Source: Candidatus Latescibacterota bacterium (GTDB lineage Bacteria > Latescibacterota > UBA2968 > GCA-2709665). From it: a stretch of 64,000 nt of DNA. The stretch lies in contig CAXXXF010000016.1 in the NCBI GenBank assembly GCA_963667175.2, forward strand, positions 64,001-128,000, read 5' to 3'. The translations under genes were made by a program, and so were the position numbers. Within the stretch, counting starts at the first letter, position 1. Every line of letters starts with the position of its first letter. Positions 49,093 to 59,526 of this stretch are shown in pieces. The notes under the pieces are model-generated. The model was not told the DNA's origin and made no database searches. It saw only the letters and a list, made by a program, of their open reading frames with translations.

Positions 49093-50202
49093 ATGGAAAG
49101 CGCAGCCCTGAAACGCACCCCACTCTACCGGCAGCATGTCGAATTAAACGCGAAAATGGTGGAATTCGGAGGATGGGAGATGCCCGTCCAGTATACCGGA
49201 ATCGTTGCGGAACATCGTGCCGTGCGAACATCCGCAGGGCTGTTCGACGTCAGCCACATGGGCCAGATCCAGGTTTCGGGCGCCGGGGCGAGGGATTTCC
49301 TGCAATATCTGGCAGCCAACGACATCAGGAGGCTGAAGAACGGCAGATGCCAGTATTCCTTTCTTCTGAACGAGCGCGGCGGCACGATTGACGACATGAT
49401 GGTCTACCGGACCGGTCCGGACGCTTTCACGCTTGTTGTGAACGCGTCCAACGCGGAAAAGGACTGGGCTCACGTGGTATGCGTCGGCGCCGGGCGGAAG
49501 GACGTCCACCTGGAAAACAAAAGCGGCGAGCGTGCCCTGCTGGCGTTCCAGGGGCCTGCCGCCGGCGTTATTCTGTCGAAGTTGACGCCCGACGACGTCG
49601 AGGAGATTCGATTCCACGACGTCCGGCCTTGTACCGTGGCCGGCCTGCCGGTTTGGCTCGCCGCGTCCGGTTATACCGGCGAAAACGGATTTGAGGTCTT
49701 CGTGGCTTCGAACGAGGTGGAACAGTTGTGGCGCGCGCTGTTGGACGCGGGCAGGGACGCAGGCGCGGCGCCGGTCGGTCTGGGCGCCCGCGATACGCTG
49801 CGTCTGGAAGCGTCGCTCGCACTCTACGGGCACGAACTGGACGAGACGACTTCCCCCCTGGAGGCCAATCTCGGTTTCGCCGTGGCGAAGACCGGTTCCT
49901 ATATCGGTTCCGATGCGATCGGGGAACAGTTGGAGAGCGGCGTCAAACGGAAACTGGTGATGCTGGAAATGGTCGACAGAGGCATTCCACGCCAGGGTTA
50001 CGAGATTCGTCGACCGGACGGTACAGCCGCGGGCGTGGTCACCAGCGGGTCGGTCTCGCCCTGGTCCGGAAAGAGTATCGCGATGGGCTATGTCGAGCCC
50101 GAATTGGCAAAGCCAGGGCGGGAACTGTTTGTTTCCGTCCGGTCCCGGCGGCTTCGAGCGAAGGTGGTTCGAAGGCCCTATTACCGGCGGCCGGGCAGCT
50201 AG
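49093..50202 (+). CDS. gcvT: Glycine cleavage system aminomethyltransferase T
   Basis: LKRTPLY, FGGWEMPVQY, LFDVSHMG, SGYTGENGFE, GLGARDTLRLEA. Confidence 0.96.
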   Translation: MESAALKRTPLYRQHVELNAKMVEFGGWEMPVQYTGIVAEHRAVRTSAGLFDVSHMGQIQVSGAGARDFLQYLAANDIRRLKNGRCQYSFLLNERGGTIDDMMVYRTGPDAFTLVVNASNAEKDWAHVVCVGAGRKDVHLENKSGERALLAFQGPAAGVILSKLTPDDVEEIRFHDVRPCTVAGLPVWLAASGYTGENGFEVFVASNEVEQLWRALLDAGRDAGAAPVGLGARDTLRLEASLALYGHELDETTSPLEANLGFAVAKTGSYIGSDAIGEQLESGVKRKLVMLEMVDRGIPRQGYEIRRPDGTAAGVVTSGSVSPWSGKSIAMGYVEPELAKPGRELFVSVRSRRLRAKVVRRPYYRRPGS

Positions 50203-50323
50203 CGGAACACGAACCAACCCCCCTACCCCGCCGGTTTCGTTGTTCCCGCGCACGCGGCCCTGCGTCTTCAGCCACTTCTCAAGGAAAAAGCCCGGAATCG
50301 CTGAAAGATTCCAGGCTTTCGTC

Positions 50324-52777
50324 TTACGCCACGATATTAACGAGGCGATTGGGTACGACAATCACCTTTCTGGGTACCTTACCCGCCAGATGGTTCCTCA
50401 CGTTCGGCTGTTCCAGCGCAAGCCTCGTGACGTCGTCGCCTTCCGCATCCATCTCCACCTGGAACCGGGCGCGGACCTTCCCGTTGACCTGGACCGGCAT
50501 CTGAATGGTGGCCGGACGCGCCAACTCCTCGTCCCATTCGGGCCACGCCTGCTCGTGAACACTGTAGCGTTCGCCGATGCGTTCCCACAACTCTTCCGAC
50601 AGATGCGGCGCAAAAGGCGCCAACAGCAGGCACAACGACCGGATGGCGTCTTTCCACGCGGCCGATTCGGCGACCGCCGCGGATCTTACCTTGCCGAGGC
50701 GGTTGACGAAGGTCATCAGCGCTGCGACCGCGGTGTTGAAGTCGAAGGATTCCAGGTCCGCGGTGACTTTCTTGATCGCCTGGTGGGTCATCCGCCGCAG
50801 TTCCATGGTCTCCGCCGGACCCGGAGGGTTGCCCGGAGACGCCGCCGGCTCGACGACAAGCGACCACACCCGGTTCAGAAATCGCGGAACCCCTCCCATG
50901 CTCGCCGAGTTCCATGGACCTCCCTGGTCCCACCGGCTGATGAACATCAGGTACGTCCTGACGCTGTCAACGCCGTGCGCATCGATGAGTTCGTCGGGAT
51001 TCACCACGTTGCCCCGGGACTTGCTCATTTTCTCGGAATCCTCGCCGAGAATGATGCCCTGGTTGAACAGGCGGACCATCGGTTCGGCCTGGTCGGTGGC
51101 GATCAACTTCATGTCCCGCATCGCCCTGGTGAAGAAACGGGTATAGAGCAGGTGCATTGTGGCGTGTTCGATGCCGCCCGTGTACTGATCCACCGGCAGC
51201 CAGTACGCTCCTTCATCCGGGTCGAACGGGCCGGCGGCGAAATGCGGACTGAGGTACCGGTACTGATACCAGGAGGAACACATAAACGTATCCATCGTAT
51301 CGGTTTCCCTCTGCGCCGTTCCGCGGCACACCGGGCAGGTCGTATGCAGGAATCCGTCGTGGTGTTTCAGTGGAGATTCGCCTGTAGGCAGGAACTCCGC
51401 ATCTTCCGGCAGCGTCACCGGAAGGTCGCGCTCCGGAACGGGCACCACGCCGCAGTCGGCGCAGTAGATGATCGGTATGGGGCAACCCCAGTACCGCTGT
51501 CGCGAAATCAGCCAGTCGTGCAACCGATAGTTGACCTTGCGCTCTCCGATGCCGCGCGCTTCCAGTTCTTCCGCTACCGCGGTCTTCGCCGGGTCGGACG
51601 GCGTGCCGCTGAACCGGCCGGAATTGACCAGCGTGCCCTTTCCCTCATAGGGATGCTGCAGCGCCCGCCCGTCCCAGTCCGGCGGCGCTATGACCGTGGA
51701 AACCGGCAATCCGTACCGTTTTGCGAAGCCGAAATCCCGTTCGTCGTGTCCGGGCACGGCCATGATCGCGCCGGTACCGTACGTTGTGAGCACGTAGTCG
51801 GCAATATAGATCGGCACCTCCGCGTCGTTCATCGGGTTGATCGCGTACGCGCCCGTAAAGACACCGTCCCGGTCTTTGTCAAGCGACAGCCGGTCGATTT
51901 CGGACTGCCGGCCGGCCTTTTCGCGGTACGACGCGACGTCGGCCGCCTGAGCCTTTGTTGTAATCGCATCGACAAGCGGATGTTCCGGCGCCAATACCGC
52001 GAACGTAACGCCGAAAATCGTATCCGCGCGCGTGGTGAACACGCGAAACGACGCCCCGGATCCCTTCACGGTCATTTCGAACTCCACCCCTTCACTGCGG
52101 CCGATCCAGTTGGTCTGCATCGTCTCGACCCGGTCGGGCCAGTCCAGACCTGAAAAATTCAGCAGCGAATCCGCATATTTCGTAATCCGGAACAACCATT
52201 GATCCAGGTCTTTCTTCACGACGGGCGTATCGCAGCGTTCGCAGTGGCGGTCGTCTCCCCACACCTGCTCCCTGGCAAGCGTGGTATTGCAGCGCGGACA
52301 CCAGTCGACCGGGGCCTTCTTCCGATAGGCCAGCCCGTGGCGATAGAACTGAAGGAAGAGCCACTGCGTCCACTTGTAGTAATCGGGCTCGCACGTAATG
52401 ATTTCCCGGTCCCAGTCGAACATGGCGCCCATTCTCTTCAGGTGACGCCGCATTTTTTCGATGTTTTCCATGGTCCATTTTGCGGGATGGATTCCCCTTT
52501 CGATGGCGGCATTCTCCGCCGGAAGCCCGAACGCGTCAAAACCGATCGGGAACAGCACGTTGTACCCTTTCATCCGCATCCACCTGGCGCGAGCGTCGGA
52601 AGGCGCCATCGCGTACCAGTGCCCGATATGCAGGTCTCCGGAAGTGTACGGCAGCATGGTCAGCGCATAGTGCTTGGGCCTGCCTTCCTCAACGGCGCTC
52701 TTGTAGACCCCCGTCTCGTCCCAGCGGGCTCGCCACCGCGACTCGATCGAAACAAAATCGTATCCGCTCTCAGCCAT
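50324..52777 (-). CDS. leuS: Leucine--tRNA ligase
   Basis: MLPYTSGDLHIGH, GFDAFGLPAENAA, VFTTRADT, WLISRQRYWG, KMSKS. Confidence 0.98.
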   Translation of the reverse strand: MAESGYDFVSIESRWRARWDETGVYKSAVEEGRPKHYALTMLPYTSGDLHIGHWYAMAPSDARARWMRMKGYNVLFPIGFDAFGLPAENAAIERGIHPAKWTMENIEKMRRHLKRMGAMFDWDREIITCEPDYYKWTQWLFLQFYRHGLAYRKKAPVDWCPRCNTTLAREQVWGDDRHCERCDTPVVKKDLDQWLFRITKYADSLLNFSGLDWPDRVETMQTNWIGRSEGVEFEMTVKGSGASFRVFTTRADTIFGVTFAVLAPEHPLVDAITTKAQAADVASYREKAGRQSEIDRLSLDKDRDGVFTGAYAINPMNDAEVPIYIADYVLTTYGTGAIMAVPGHDERDFGFAKRYGLPVSTVIAPPDWDGRALQHPYEGKGTLVNSGRFSGTPSDPAKTAVAEELEARGIGERKVNYRLHDWLISRQRYWGCPIPIIYCADCGVVPVPERDLPVTLPEDAEFLPTGESPLKHHDGFLHTTCPVCRGTAQRETDTMDTFMCSSWYQYRYLSPHFAAGPFDPDEGAYWLPVDQYTGGIEHATMHLLYTRFFTRAMRDMKLIATDQAEPMVRLFNQGIILGEDSEKMSKSRGNVVNPDELIDAHGVDSVRTYLMFISRWDQGGPWNSASMGGVPRFLNRVWSLVVEPAASPGNPPGPAETMELRRMTHQAIKKVTADLESFDFNTAVAALMTFVNRLGKVRSAAVAESAAWKDAIRSLCLLLAPFAPHLSEELWERIGERYSVHEQAWPEWDEELARPATIQMPVQVNGKVRARFQVEMDAEGDDVTRLALEQPNVRNHLAGKVPRKVIVVPNRLVNIVA

Positions 52778-52801
52778 CTGACGACTCCCTCATCTCACGT
52801 A

Positions 52802-54097
52802 TTATGGGTAAAGCCGCTGCAGCATCCGGGGAAACGGAATGGTCTCCCGCACATGCCGCAACCCGCAGATCCAGGCTACGGTTCGTTCGATCCCCAGGCC
52901 GAATCCGGCGTGAGGCACCGATCCGTAGCGTCTCAGGTCCAAATACCACTGGAATGGGGTTTCGTCAAGTCTGTGTTGGGCGATCTTCCGCCGCAATTCC
53001 TCCAGGCTGTCCTCCCGCTGCCCGCCACCGATAATTTCTCCGTATCCTTCGGGCGCCAGCATATCCATGCAGAGCGCCAGCCGGCCGTCGTCCGGGTCCC
53101 CCTTCATATAAAAGGCCTTGCACGAGGCCGGATACCTGTGCACCAGGACCGGACGATCGAACTGCTCCGCGAGAACGGTTTCCTCGTCCCCGCCGAAATC
53201 CTCGCCCCACGTATGCGAGACGCCCTGCCGGTTCAGGATGTCAACCGCTTCCGTATAGGAGATCCTCGGGAAGGGTTTTTTCACGCGTTCGAGAGGGGCG
53301 ATATCCCGTTGCAGCAACGCAAGTTCCTCACGACGCCTTTCCAGAACCTGCTGAACGACGGCGGAGACAAAGTCCTCCGCCAGATCCATGTCGCCATTCA
53401 GGTCCAGGTAGGCCACTTCCGGCTCGACCATCCAGAATTCGGTGAGGTGCCGCCGGGTCTTGGACTTCTCCGCTCTGAACGTCGGCCCGAAGCAGTATAC
53501 TTTTCCGAAGGCCATGGCACTGGCCTCCAGATACAGCTGACCGCTCTGGGTCAGGTAGGCCTGGTCGTCGAAGTAGTCGGTCTGGAAGAGCGTTGTCGTA
53601 CCCTCGCATGCCGAAGGCGTAAAGATCGGCGAGTCCGTGAGTACGTACTCTCTTTCGTCGAAATAGGTCCTGCACGCCCGGATGATTTCGCTTCGCACGC
53701 GCAAAATGGCGTGCTGGCGGGAGGAACGCAGCCAGAGATGACGATGGTCCATCAGGAAAGCAGTCCCGTGTGCCTTTGGTGTAATGGGATAGGGCTCCGA
53801 TGCATGGACGACCTGAATATCGGAAACGCCGACTTCGAAACCCAGAGGCGAACGTTCGTCCTCGCGAACGACCCCGAATACCCGGAGCGACGACTCCTGG
53901 GTCAGGCCGCTCGAACGCTCGAACACATCGGCCGACACGTCGCCTTTGAAAACCACGCACTGAACCACGCCGGTTCCGTCTCTCAGCTGGAGAAAATGCA
54001 GCCTTCCACTGGCGCGTTTGTTGTGCAGCCACCCCTGAAGCAGGACGTCGCGCCCTTCGTACTCGCCGATTCTTGAAATTGAAATGGGTACGGCCAT
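52802..54097 (-). CDS. asnS: Asparagine--tRNA ligase
   Basis: [62 protein letters not shown]. Confidence 0.97.
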   Translation of the reverse strand: MAVPISISRIGEYEGRDVLLQGWLHNKRASGRLHFLQLRDGTGVVQCVVFKGDVSADVFERSSGLTQESSLRVFGVVREDERSPLGFEVGVSDIQVVHASEPYPITPKAHGTAFLMDHRHLWLRSSRQHAILRVRSEIIRACRTYFDEREYVLTDSPIFTPSACEGTTTLFQTDYFDDQAYLTQSGQLYLEASAMAFGKVYCFGPTFRAEKSKTRRHLTEFWMVEPEVAYLDLNGDMDLAEDFVSAVVQQVLERRREELALLQRDIAPLERVKKPFPRISYTEAVDILNRQGVSHTWGEDFGGDEETVLAEQFDRPVLVHRYPASCKAFYMKGDPDDGRLALCMDMLAPEGYGEIIGGGQREDSLEELRRKIAQHRLDETPFQWYLDLRRYGSVPHAGFGLGIERTVAWICGLRHVRETIPFPRMLQRLYP

Positions 54098-54149
54098 CGT
54101 GCTCCTCCCCGGACGCGCGGTCGATGCGCCTGGTTACTCCTCTTGCCAG

Positions 54150-54342
54150 TGTTCTGTCCCGAAAATAAGTTGCCTGAATTCGGCCGTCGAGTCGCCCGGC
54201 TCGCAAGGCGCCAGAGCGCAGGCGACCTGGCCAGGTCGGCGAGCAATGGCAACGCTGCGAGAGGGGATGAATCGGCCTGCCTGCAGCGCAGGGCACTGCG
54301 CAGGCAGGCGGAAGAATGGTGAGGTATTTTTGGGACAGGACA
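54150..54342 (-). mobile_element. MITE-like element, full-length copy (193 bp)
   Basis: Inverted near-identical copy of 20225-20417, flanked on both sides by CCAG (4-bp target duplication). Confidence 0.85.
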
Positions 54343-54429
54343 CCAGTACCCGCAAACCCAATCCGCAGCGCCCAGGACGTAGACGCCGTGATTCGCAATG
54401 AAGGGTTCTCTGCGCAACGTCACAAAACC

Positions 54430-54463
54430 AAAAAAGACGACCGGAAGTTGCCGATCGCCTTTT
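54430..54463 (-). terminator. Rho-independent terminator after pnp
   Basis: Minus strand AAAAGGCGATCGG-CAACTT-CCGGTCGTCTTTTTT. Confidence 0.75.
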
Positions 54464-54488
54464 GCCGACCACGTTCCTGCCTGGCGGG

Positions 54489-56627
54489 TCAGCGCCGGTT
54501 TGGCCTTCTCGGGCCCCGGGATTGGCGCGGCGGAGGCTCGACGTATCCGGGCGGAGGCTCGAACGTCGCCTTGCGACTAAGTCGAACCTTGCCCTGGTCG
54601 TCGATGGAAATCACTTTGACGTCCAGCGTGTCCCCCTCGGACAGCACGTCTTCGACCTTGTTCACCCGGCGGTAATCCAATTCGGAAATGTGGCACAGCC
54701 CCTCTTTCCCCGGGAGAATCTCGATAAAGGCGCCGAAGTCCAGAGTTCGCTTTACCGTACCGTTGTAGACGCGGCCCACCTCCGGGTCTTCCACCAGCGC
54801 CTTGATCATCTCCATGGCTTCTTCGCCGGCCCTGGCGTCGACCGAACTGACGGTGATCAGCCCGTCGTCTTCCACTGCGACGGTGGCGCCCGTCTCTTCG
54901 ATACTGCGTATGGTCTTCCCCCCGGGGCCGATGACCGTGCCGATTTTCGCGGGATCGATATACAGGGACAGGATACGCGGCGCGTAGGGCGACAGCTCCG
55001 GCCTCGGACGGCCGATCGCTTCGTTCATGATGCCCAGAATGTGGTTCAGCGCACCCCGTGCGCGTCCAAACGCCTCCTGCATGATTTCGAAACTGACTCC
55101 CTTGATTTTAATGTCCAGCTGAATCGACGTCAGTCCTTCGGCCGTCCCCGCGATCTTCAGGTCCATATCGCCAAGATGGTCTTCCGCGCCGAGAATGTCG
55201 GTCAGCAGTTCCCAGCTGGAACCGTCGTCTCCCATCACCAGACCGACACCCGCGCCCGCAACCGCGGTCTTAATGGGTACTCCCGCGTCCATGAGTGCGA
55301 GCGATCCACCGCACACCGTGGCCATGGACGACGAACTGTTCGATTCCAGGATTTCGGAAACCACCCGAATTGTATAGGGAAAGTGCTTCTCATTGGGCAC
55401 GACCGGAACCAGCGCCTTTTCCGCGAGAACGCCATGTCCGATCTCACGCCGTCCGGGTGCGCCGATCCGGCGGGTCTCCCCCACGCTGTACGACGGGAAG
55501 TTGTAGTCCAGCATGAAACTCTTGTACGACATTCCCTCCAGATCGTCCACCATCCGGGTATCCAGCTTGCTGCCCAGCGTCGCTACGCACAGCGCCTGGG
55601 TCTGACCCCTCGTAAACACGGCCGATCCGTGTGCGCGCGGCAATACACCGACTTCAATCTGAACCGGCCGAACTTCGTCCAGGGCGCGTCCATCGATCCG
55701 GCGTCCTTCCTCCAGGATCATCCTACGCATCTCCGCCTTGACGATGGCGCCGATTTCCGCGCCGATTTCCGCGCGCGACTCCGGATACTCCGCTTCCAGG
55801 GCCTCCTGCGTATCCGCTTCGATCCGTGCGATGACGTTCGACCTGTCTTCTTTCTCGGACAGCCGGTTCGCCTCTCTGATGCGCTCTGCCGCGTGCGCCC
55901 TCACCGCCTCTTCAAGCGCTTCATCAGGTTCGGGCGCCACCACCACCCGCTTCGGTTTTCCGCATCTGGCCACCAGGTCTTCCTGTACTTCCACGAGCCT
56001 GGCGATGGCTTCCTGCCCTGCACGCAACGCGCCCAGCACGTCGGCGTCGGGCGCCTCGTGGCACTCGCCCTCAACGGAAATGATCGAATCCTTATTTCCC
56101 GATACGATGACGTTGACGTCGCTCTCGTCCAGTTGTTCGTAGGTCGGATTGATGACGTACTCGCCGTTTATTCGTCCCACCTTCACGGCGCCGATCGGTC
56201 CCTCGAACGGAATGTCGGAGATACAGACGGCCGCGGACGCGCCGGTCATCGCCAGCACGGCAGGGTCGTTTTCTTCATCGAAGGACAGCACGGTGACCAG
56301 TACCTGCGTTTCCACGTCCCGCTTCAGAAACAGGGGCCGAATCTGGTGGTCGATCAGCCTGGCGCTTAACTTTTCCGTTGTGGAAGGCGCGCCTTCCCGC
56401 TTGAAGAAATTCCCGGGAATTCTGCCGCTTGCGTAGAATTTCTCCCTATAGTCCACCGTTAACGGGAAAAAGTCCATATCGGACTCTCTGGTATCCGCCA
56501 CTGTCGCCACGAGCACGACGGTTTCGCCATATCGCATCCACACGGCGCCATGGGCCTGTTTGGCCACGCGACCGGTTTCGATGGATAACGTCCTGCCTTC
56601 CAGTTCCAGTTCTATTTTTTCTGCCAT
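54489..56627 (-). CDS. pnp: Polyribonucleotide nucleotidyltransferase (PNPase)
   Basis: DFFPLTVDYRE, RRIDGR, RREIGHG, EDHLGDMDLK, KH and S1 domains. Confidence 0.98.
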   Translation of the reverse strand: MAEKIELELEGRTLSIETGRVAKQAHGAVWMRYGETVVLVATVADTRESDMDFFPLTVDYREKFYASGRIPGNFFKREGAPSTTEKLSARLIDHQIRPLFLKRDVETQVLVTVLSFDEENDPAVLAMTGASAAVCISDIPFEGPIGAVKVGRINGEYVINPTYEQLDESDVNVIVSGNKDSIISVEGECHEAPDADVLGALRAGQEAIARLVEVQEDLVARCGKPKRVVVAPEPDEALEEAVRAHAAERIREANRLSEKEDRSNVIARIEADTQEALEAEYPESRAEIGAEIGAIVKAEMRRMILEEGRRIDGRALDEVRPVQIEVGVLPRAHGSAVFTRGQTQALCVATLGSKLDTRMVDDLEGMSYKSFMLDYNFPSYSVGETRRIGAPGRREIGHGVLAEKALVPVVPNEKHFPYTIRVVSEILESNSSSSMATVCGGSLALMDAGVPIKTAVAGAGVGLVMGDDGSSWELLTDILGAEDHLGDMDLKIAGTAEGLTSIQLDIKIKGVSFEIMQEAFGRARGALNHILGIMNEAIGRPRPELSPYAPRILSLYIDPAKIGTVIGPGGKTIRSIEETGATVAVEDDGLITVSSVDARAGEEAMEMIKALVEDPEVGRVYNGTVKRTLDFGAFIEILPGKEGLCHISELDYRRVNKVEDVLSEGDTLDVKVISIDDQGKVRLSRKATFEPPPGYVEPPPRQSRGPRRPNRR

Positions 56628-56704
56628 CCACTCCTTCTCCTCAACAAAATGGAAAATTCCTCAGCCTGCTGCAGTGGCCGGTTCTCGTTTCTCGCCGCAG
56701 GCAT

Positions 56705-56974
56705 TCATCCACGTATTCCGAGTTTGCCGATCAGGGCGCGATATCCCGCCAGATCGCGGCGCTGCATATATCTCAAGAAACGCCTGCGCCGGCCTACCAG
56801 TCTGAGCAGCCCACGGCGGGAATGGTGATCTTTCCTGTGCCGCCGGGCGTGATCGGTCAGCATTCTGATCCGTTCCGTCAAGAGCGCGATCTGCACTTCA
56901 ACGGACCCGGTATCCCTGGCGGATTGACCGAAGGACTCCACCAATTCGCCCTTCTTTTCCTTTACTAAACCCAC
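56705..56974 (-). CDS. rpsO: 30S ribosomal protein S15
   Basis: [13 protein letters not shown]...[22 protein letters not shown]; GTG start overlaps the ribF end. Confidence 0.97.
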   Translation of the reverse strand: MGLVKEKKGELVESFGQSARDTGSVEVQIALLTERIRMLTDHARRHRKDHHSRRGLLRLVGRRRRFLRYMQRRDLAGYRALIGKLGIRG

Positions 56975-57921
56975 TGCTTTTCCTCCGTGTAATGATCCAG
57001 CTCCTTTGCCAGAATGTCACGGGCACGCTGCCCGTCCGCGCGAATTTGCGAAATAAGCCCTTCCGGACTCCCAAACCGGCGTTCGCCGCGCAGGCGACCG
57101 ACCAGTTCCAGGGCGATCCGGCGTCCGTAAAGATTCCCGTCGAAATCCAGGAGGTGTGCCTCCAACTGTCTGTTCTTCCCGTTGAACGTAGGACGTACGC
57201 CAAGGTTTACAACGGCCGCGTACCGTTCGGGGACGTACGCCATTGCCGCGTAGACGCCATCCGGCGGCAAGAGCTTAGCGCGTTCGTCCGGCACAATATT
57301 GGCAGTCGGATAACCCAGTTGCCGCCCGCGGCCGTCACCTGGCGCCACGCTGCCTGAAACGGGATATCCGCCTCCCAGCATCTCACGGGCGCCGTCGATT
57401 CTCCCTCTCCCGACCAGATCACGAATCCGGCTGCTGCTGACCGGGCGGTCCCCCACGATCACGGGCGGGACAACGGAAACCTCGAAACCGAACCGACCGC
57501 CAAGCGCACGCATGGTCTCGGGATCGCCGCTGCGACCCTTGCCGAATCCATGATCGTAGCCCAGCACGACAACCCTCGCTGCCAGATAATTCGCCAGATA
57601 GGTCGATACAAATGCCTCCGGACTCAGGTTCTGTACCTGCCGCGTAAAGGGAATGACCGCCAGCACGTCGATACCGGCATCGACAAGCCGTCGGCGTTTT
57701 TCATCCAGCGACGTCAGAACACCCGGCGGATCCGATGGATGGATGACGGCCCGCGGATGTGGATCGAAGGTGACGGCTACCGCGGCGCCCGACCTCTCCC
57801 GCGCCGTGGCGACAACGGCTTCGATCACGGCCCGATGGCCTCGATGAACACCATCGAACGTGCCAACCGTAACCACCGCGTCGTCGATTGCCAGTGTCTG
57901 ATTCAACGTCCGCGTCTGCAT
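56965..57921 (-). CDS. ribF: Bifunctional riboflavin kinase/FAD synthetase
   Basis: [46 protein letters not shown]; start ATG 57921. Confidence 0.96.
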   Translation of the reverse strand: MQTRTLNQTLAIDDAVVTVGTFDGVHRGHRAVIEAVVATARERSGAAVAVTFDPHPRAVIHPSDPPGVLTSLDEKRRRLVDAGIDVLAVIPFTRQVQNLSPEAFVSTYLANYLAARVVVLGYDHGFGKGRSGDPETMRALGGRFGFEVSVVPPVIVGDRPVSSSRIRDLVGRGRIDGAREMLGGGYPVSGSVAPGDGRGRQLGYPTANIVPDERAKLLPPDGVYAAMAYVPERYAAVVNLGVRPTFNGKNRQLEAHLLDFDGNLYGRRIALELVGRLRGERRFGSPEGLISQIRADGQRARDILAKELDHYTEEKQWV

Positions 57922-57926
57922 CCGGT

Positions 57927-58835
57927 TCAACCTTTCGGCCGGCAAAGCACCCGCACGGGTATTAATATCCCGTCGTCGGCCTTCCAACGCCCGATGCCGA
58001 GCAACACCCCCTCGGGATACAGCGCACGTGCGAGTTGACCGGACTCGAGTGCGGTTCCGTCCTTCACGTTGGCGACCGCATTGCCGTGAATGAAACGACC
58101 GGCCTGAGCCGCGTTCAGGTTGAGACGCGGCAGGTCGCGCAATAACCGGTTTGGATCCAACAGATACGGCTGAAGTTCCTCCCTCGACGCGACCGAATCG
58201 AGGCGCGGAAGGGGTACGCACTCGTCGATACGAACAGGACCGGCGGACGTGCGTCTCAACCCGGCCAGATACGCCCCGCAACCCAGTTCACGACCGATAT
58301 CGTCGGCCAGTGTACGGATGTAGGTGCCTTTTGAACAGGAGACCGTCAGGTGCAGATCGGGAGGACTGAAATCTTCAATATCGATTTCGAATATGCGAAC
58401 GCGGGACGGTCGTCGGGTGACGTCGGCGCCCGCCCGCGCCAATCGGTACAACCGCTTGCCGTCCACCTTGCGGGCCGAAAACATCGGGGGAATCTGTTCA
58501 ATATCTCCAACGAAAGAGCCCACCGCGCTCCGCACGACCGACACGTCGGCGGGAACCCGGTCGCACCGCGCCACGACTTCGCCTTCCGAGTCGAGGGTGC
58601 TTGTGCGGATTCCGAGCCGGATATGTGCGGAATAGGTCTTGTCGTGACTCGCGAGATAGGAACTGAGCCGGGTGGCGCGGCCCAGGCACAACACCAGAAC
58701 TCCGGTTGCCAGCGGATCCAGAGTGCCCGTGTGCCCCACTTTCCGGACGTTCAGCCGTCGTCGAACGCGATCTACCACGTCGTGAGACGTCAGATCCGGA
58801 GGCTTGTCGATGGGCAACACGCCTGTGACGTCGAT
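57927..58835 (-). CDS. truB: tRNA pseudouridine(55) synthase
   Basis: DKP, SHDVV, KVGHTGTLDPLATGVL, QIPPMFSA, CSKGTYIRTLA. Start uncertain: ATC 58835 after a strong SD, or GTG 58820. Confidence 0.95.
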   Translation of the reverse strand: MDVTGVLPIDKPPDLTSHDVVDRVRRRLNVRKVGHTGTLDPLATGVLVLCLGRATRLSSYLASHDKTYSAHIRLGIRTSTLDSEGEVVARCDRVPADVSVVRSAVGSFVGDIEQIPPMFSARKVDGKRLYRLARAGADVTRRPSRVRIFEIDIEDFSPPDLHLTVSCSKGTYIRTLADDIGRELGCGAYLAGLRRTSAGPVRIDECVPLPRLDSVASREELQPYLLDPNRLLRDLPRLNLNAAQAGRFIHGNAVANVKDGTALESGQLARALYPEGVLLGIGRWKADDGILIPVRVLCRPKG

Positions 58836-58901
58836 TCCGGCCTCCTTTCCGGCGCCGCTGTTGTGCCCCGTAAACAGGTTGCCTGAATCCGGGGCAGAAC
58901 A

Positions 58902-59240
58902 CTACGCCTTCAAGTCATCCAGAAGCCTGTCGATTCGGCTTGCCCGCTCCAGCGTGTGATCCAGCTCGAATTCCAGTTCCGGCACGTGTCGAAGTCGGAT
59001 CCTCCCGCCCAGTTCCCTGCGCAGAAACGACGTGGCGCGACAGAGGATCTTCATGGTCACGTCGCGCGTCTCTGCCTCCCCCATCACGCTGACAAATACC
59101 CGCGCGAATTTCAGGTCCCGTGTCACCCTGACCCCCGTGACGGTCACGTAGCCCAGGCGAGGATCCTTGATATGCCGGTGGATCAGGTCACTCAGTTCTT
59201 CCTGTATCTGCCGACCTACGCTCTCGGCGCGCCACATCAC
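58902..59240 (-). CDS. rbfA: Ribosome-binding factor A
   Basis: IKDPRLGYVTVT.V..TRDLK.ARVFVS, RLRHVPELEF. Confidence 0.96.
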   Translation of the reverse strand: MMWRAESVGRQIQEELSDLIHRHIKDPRLGYVTVTGVRVTRDLKFARVFVSVMGEAETRDVTMKILCRATSFLRRELGGRIRLRHVPELEFELDHTLERASRIDRLLDDLKA

Positions 59241-59518
59241 ATCAGTTCCAGTGAGTAGTCGATGAGCTCAACCCGATGGTCACGCTGTACCTGGTCCACG
59301 ACCTTGGAAAGCACGCGATTGACGTACCGGGATTCGTTCGCAACCATAACAACGCCGACCTCCGCCTTCTGCCAGAGTTCGTTGTGGCCGACCTCCGAAA
59401 CGGATACGTTGAATTTTGATCGAATCCGCTGTCGAAGGCTCTCCAGGACCCGGCGTTTTCCCTTCAACGAACCGCTCTCAGGCAGATATAGATCCAGACG
59501 ACATAGTCCGACGGTCAT
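59237..59518 (-). CDS. DUF503 (YlxP-family) protein
   Basis: SLKGKRR...KFNVSVSEV...WQ; usual position between infB and rbfA. Confidence 0.92.
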   Translation of the reverse strand: MTVGLCRLDLYLPESGSLKGKRRVLESLRQRIRSKFNVSVSEVGHNELWQKAEVGVVMVANESRYVNRVLSKVVDQVQRDHRVELIDYSLELM

Positions 59519-59526
59519 AGCTTCAA

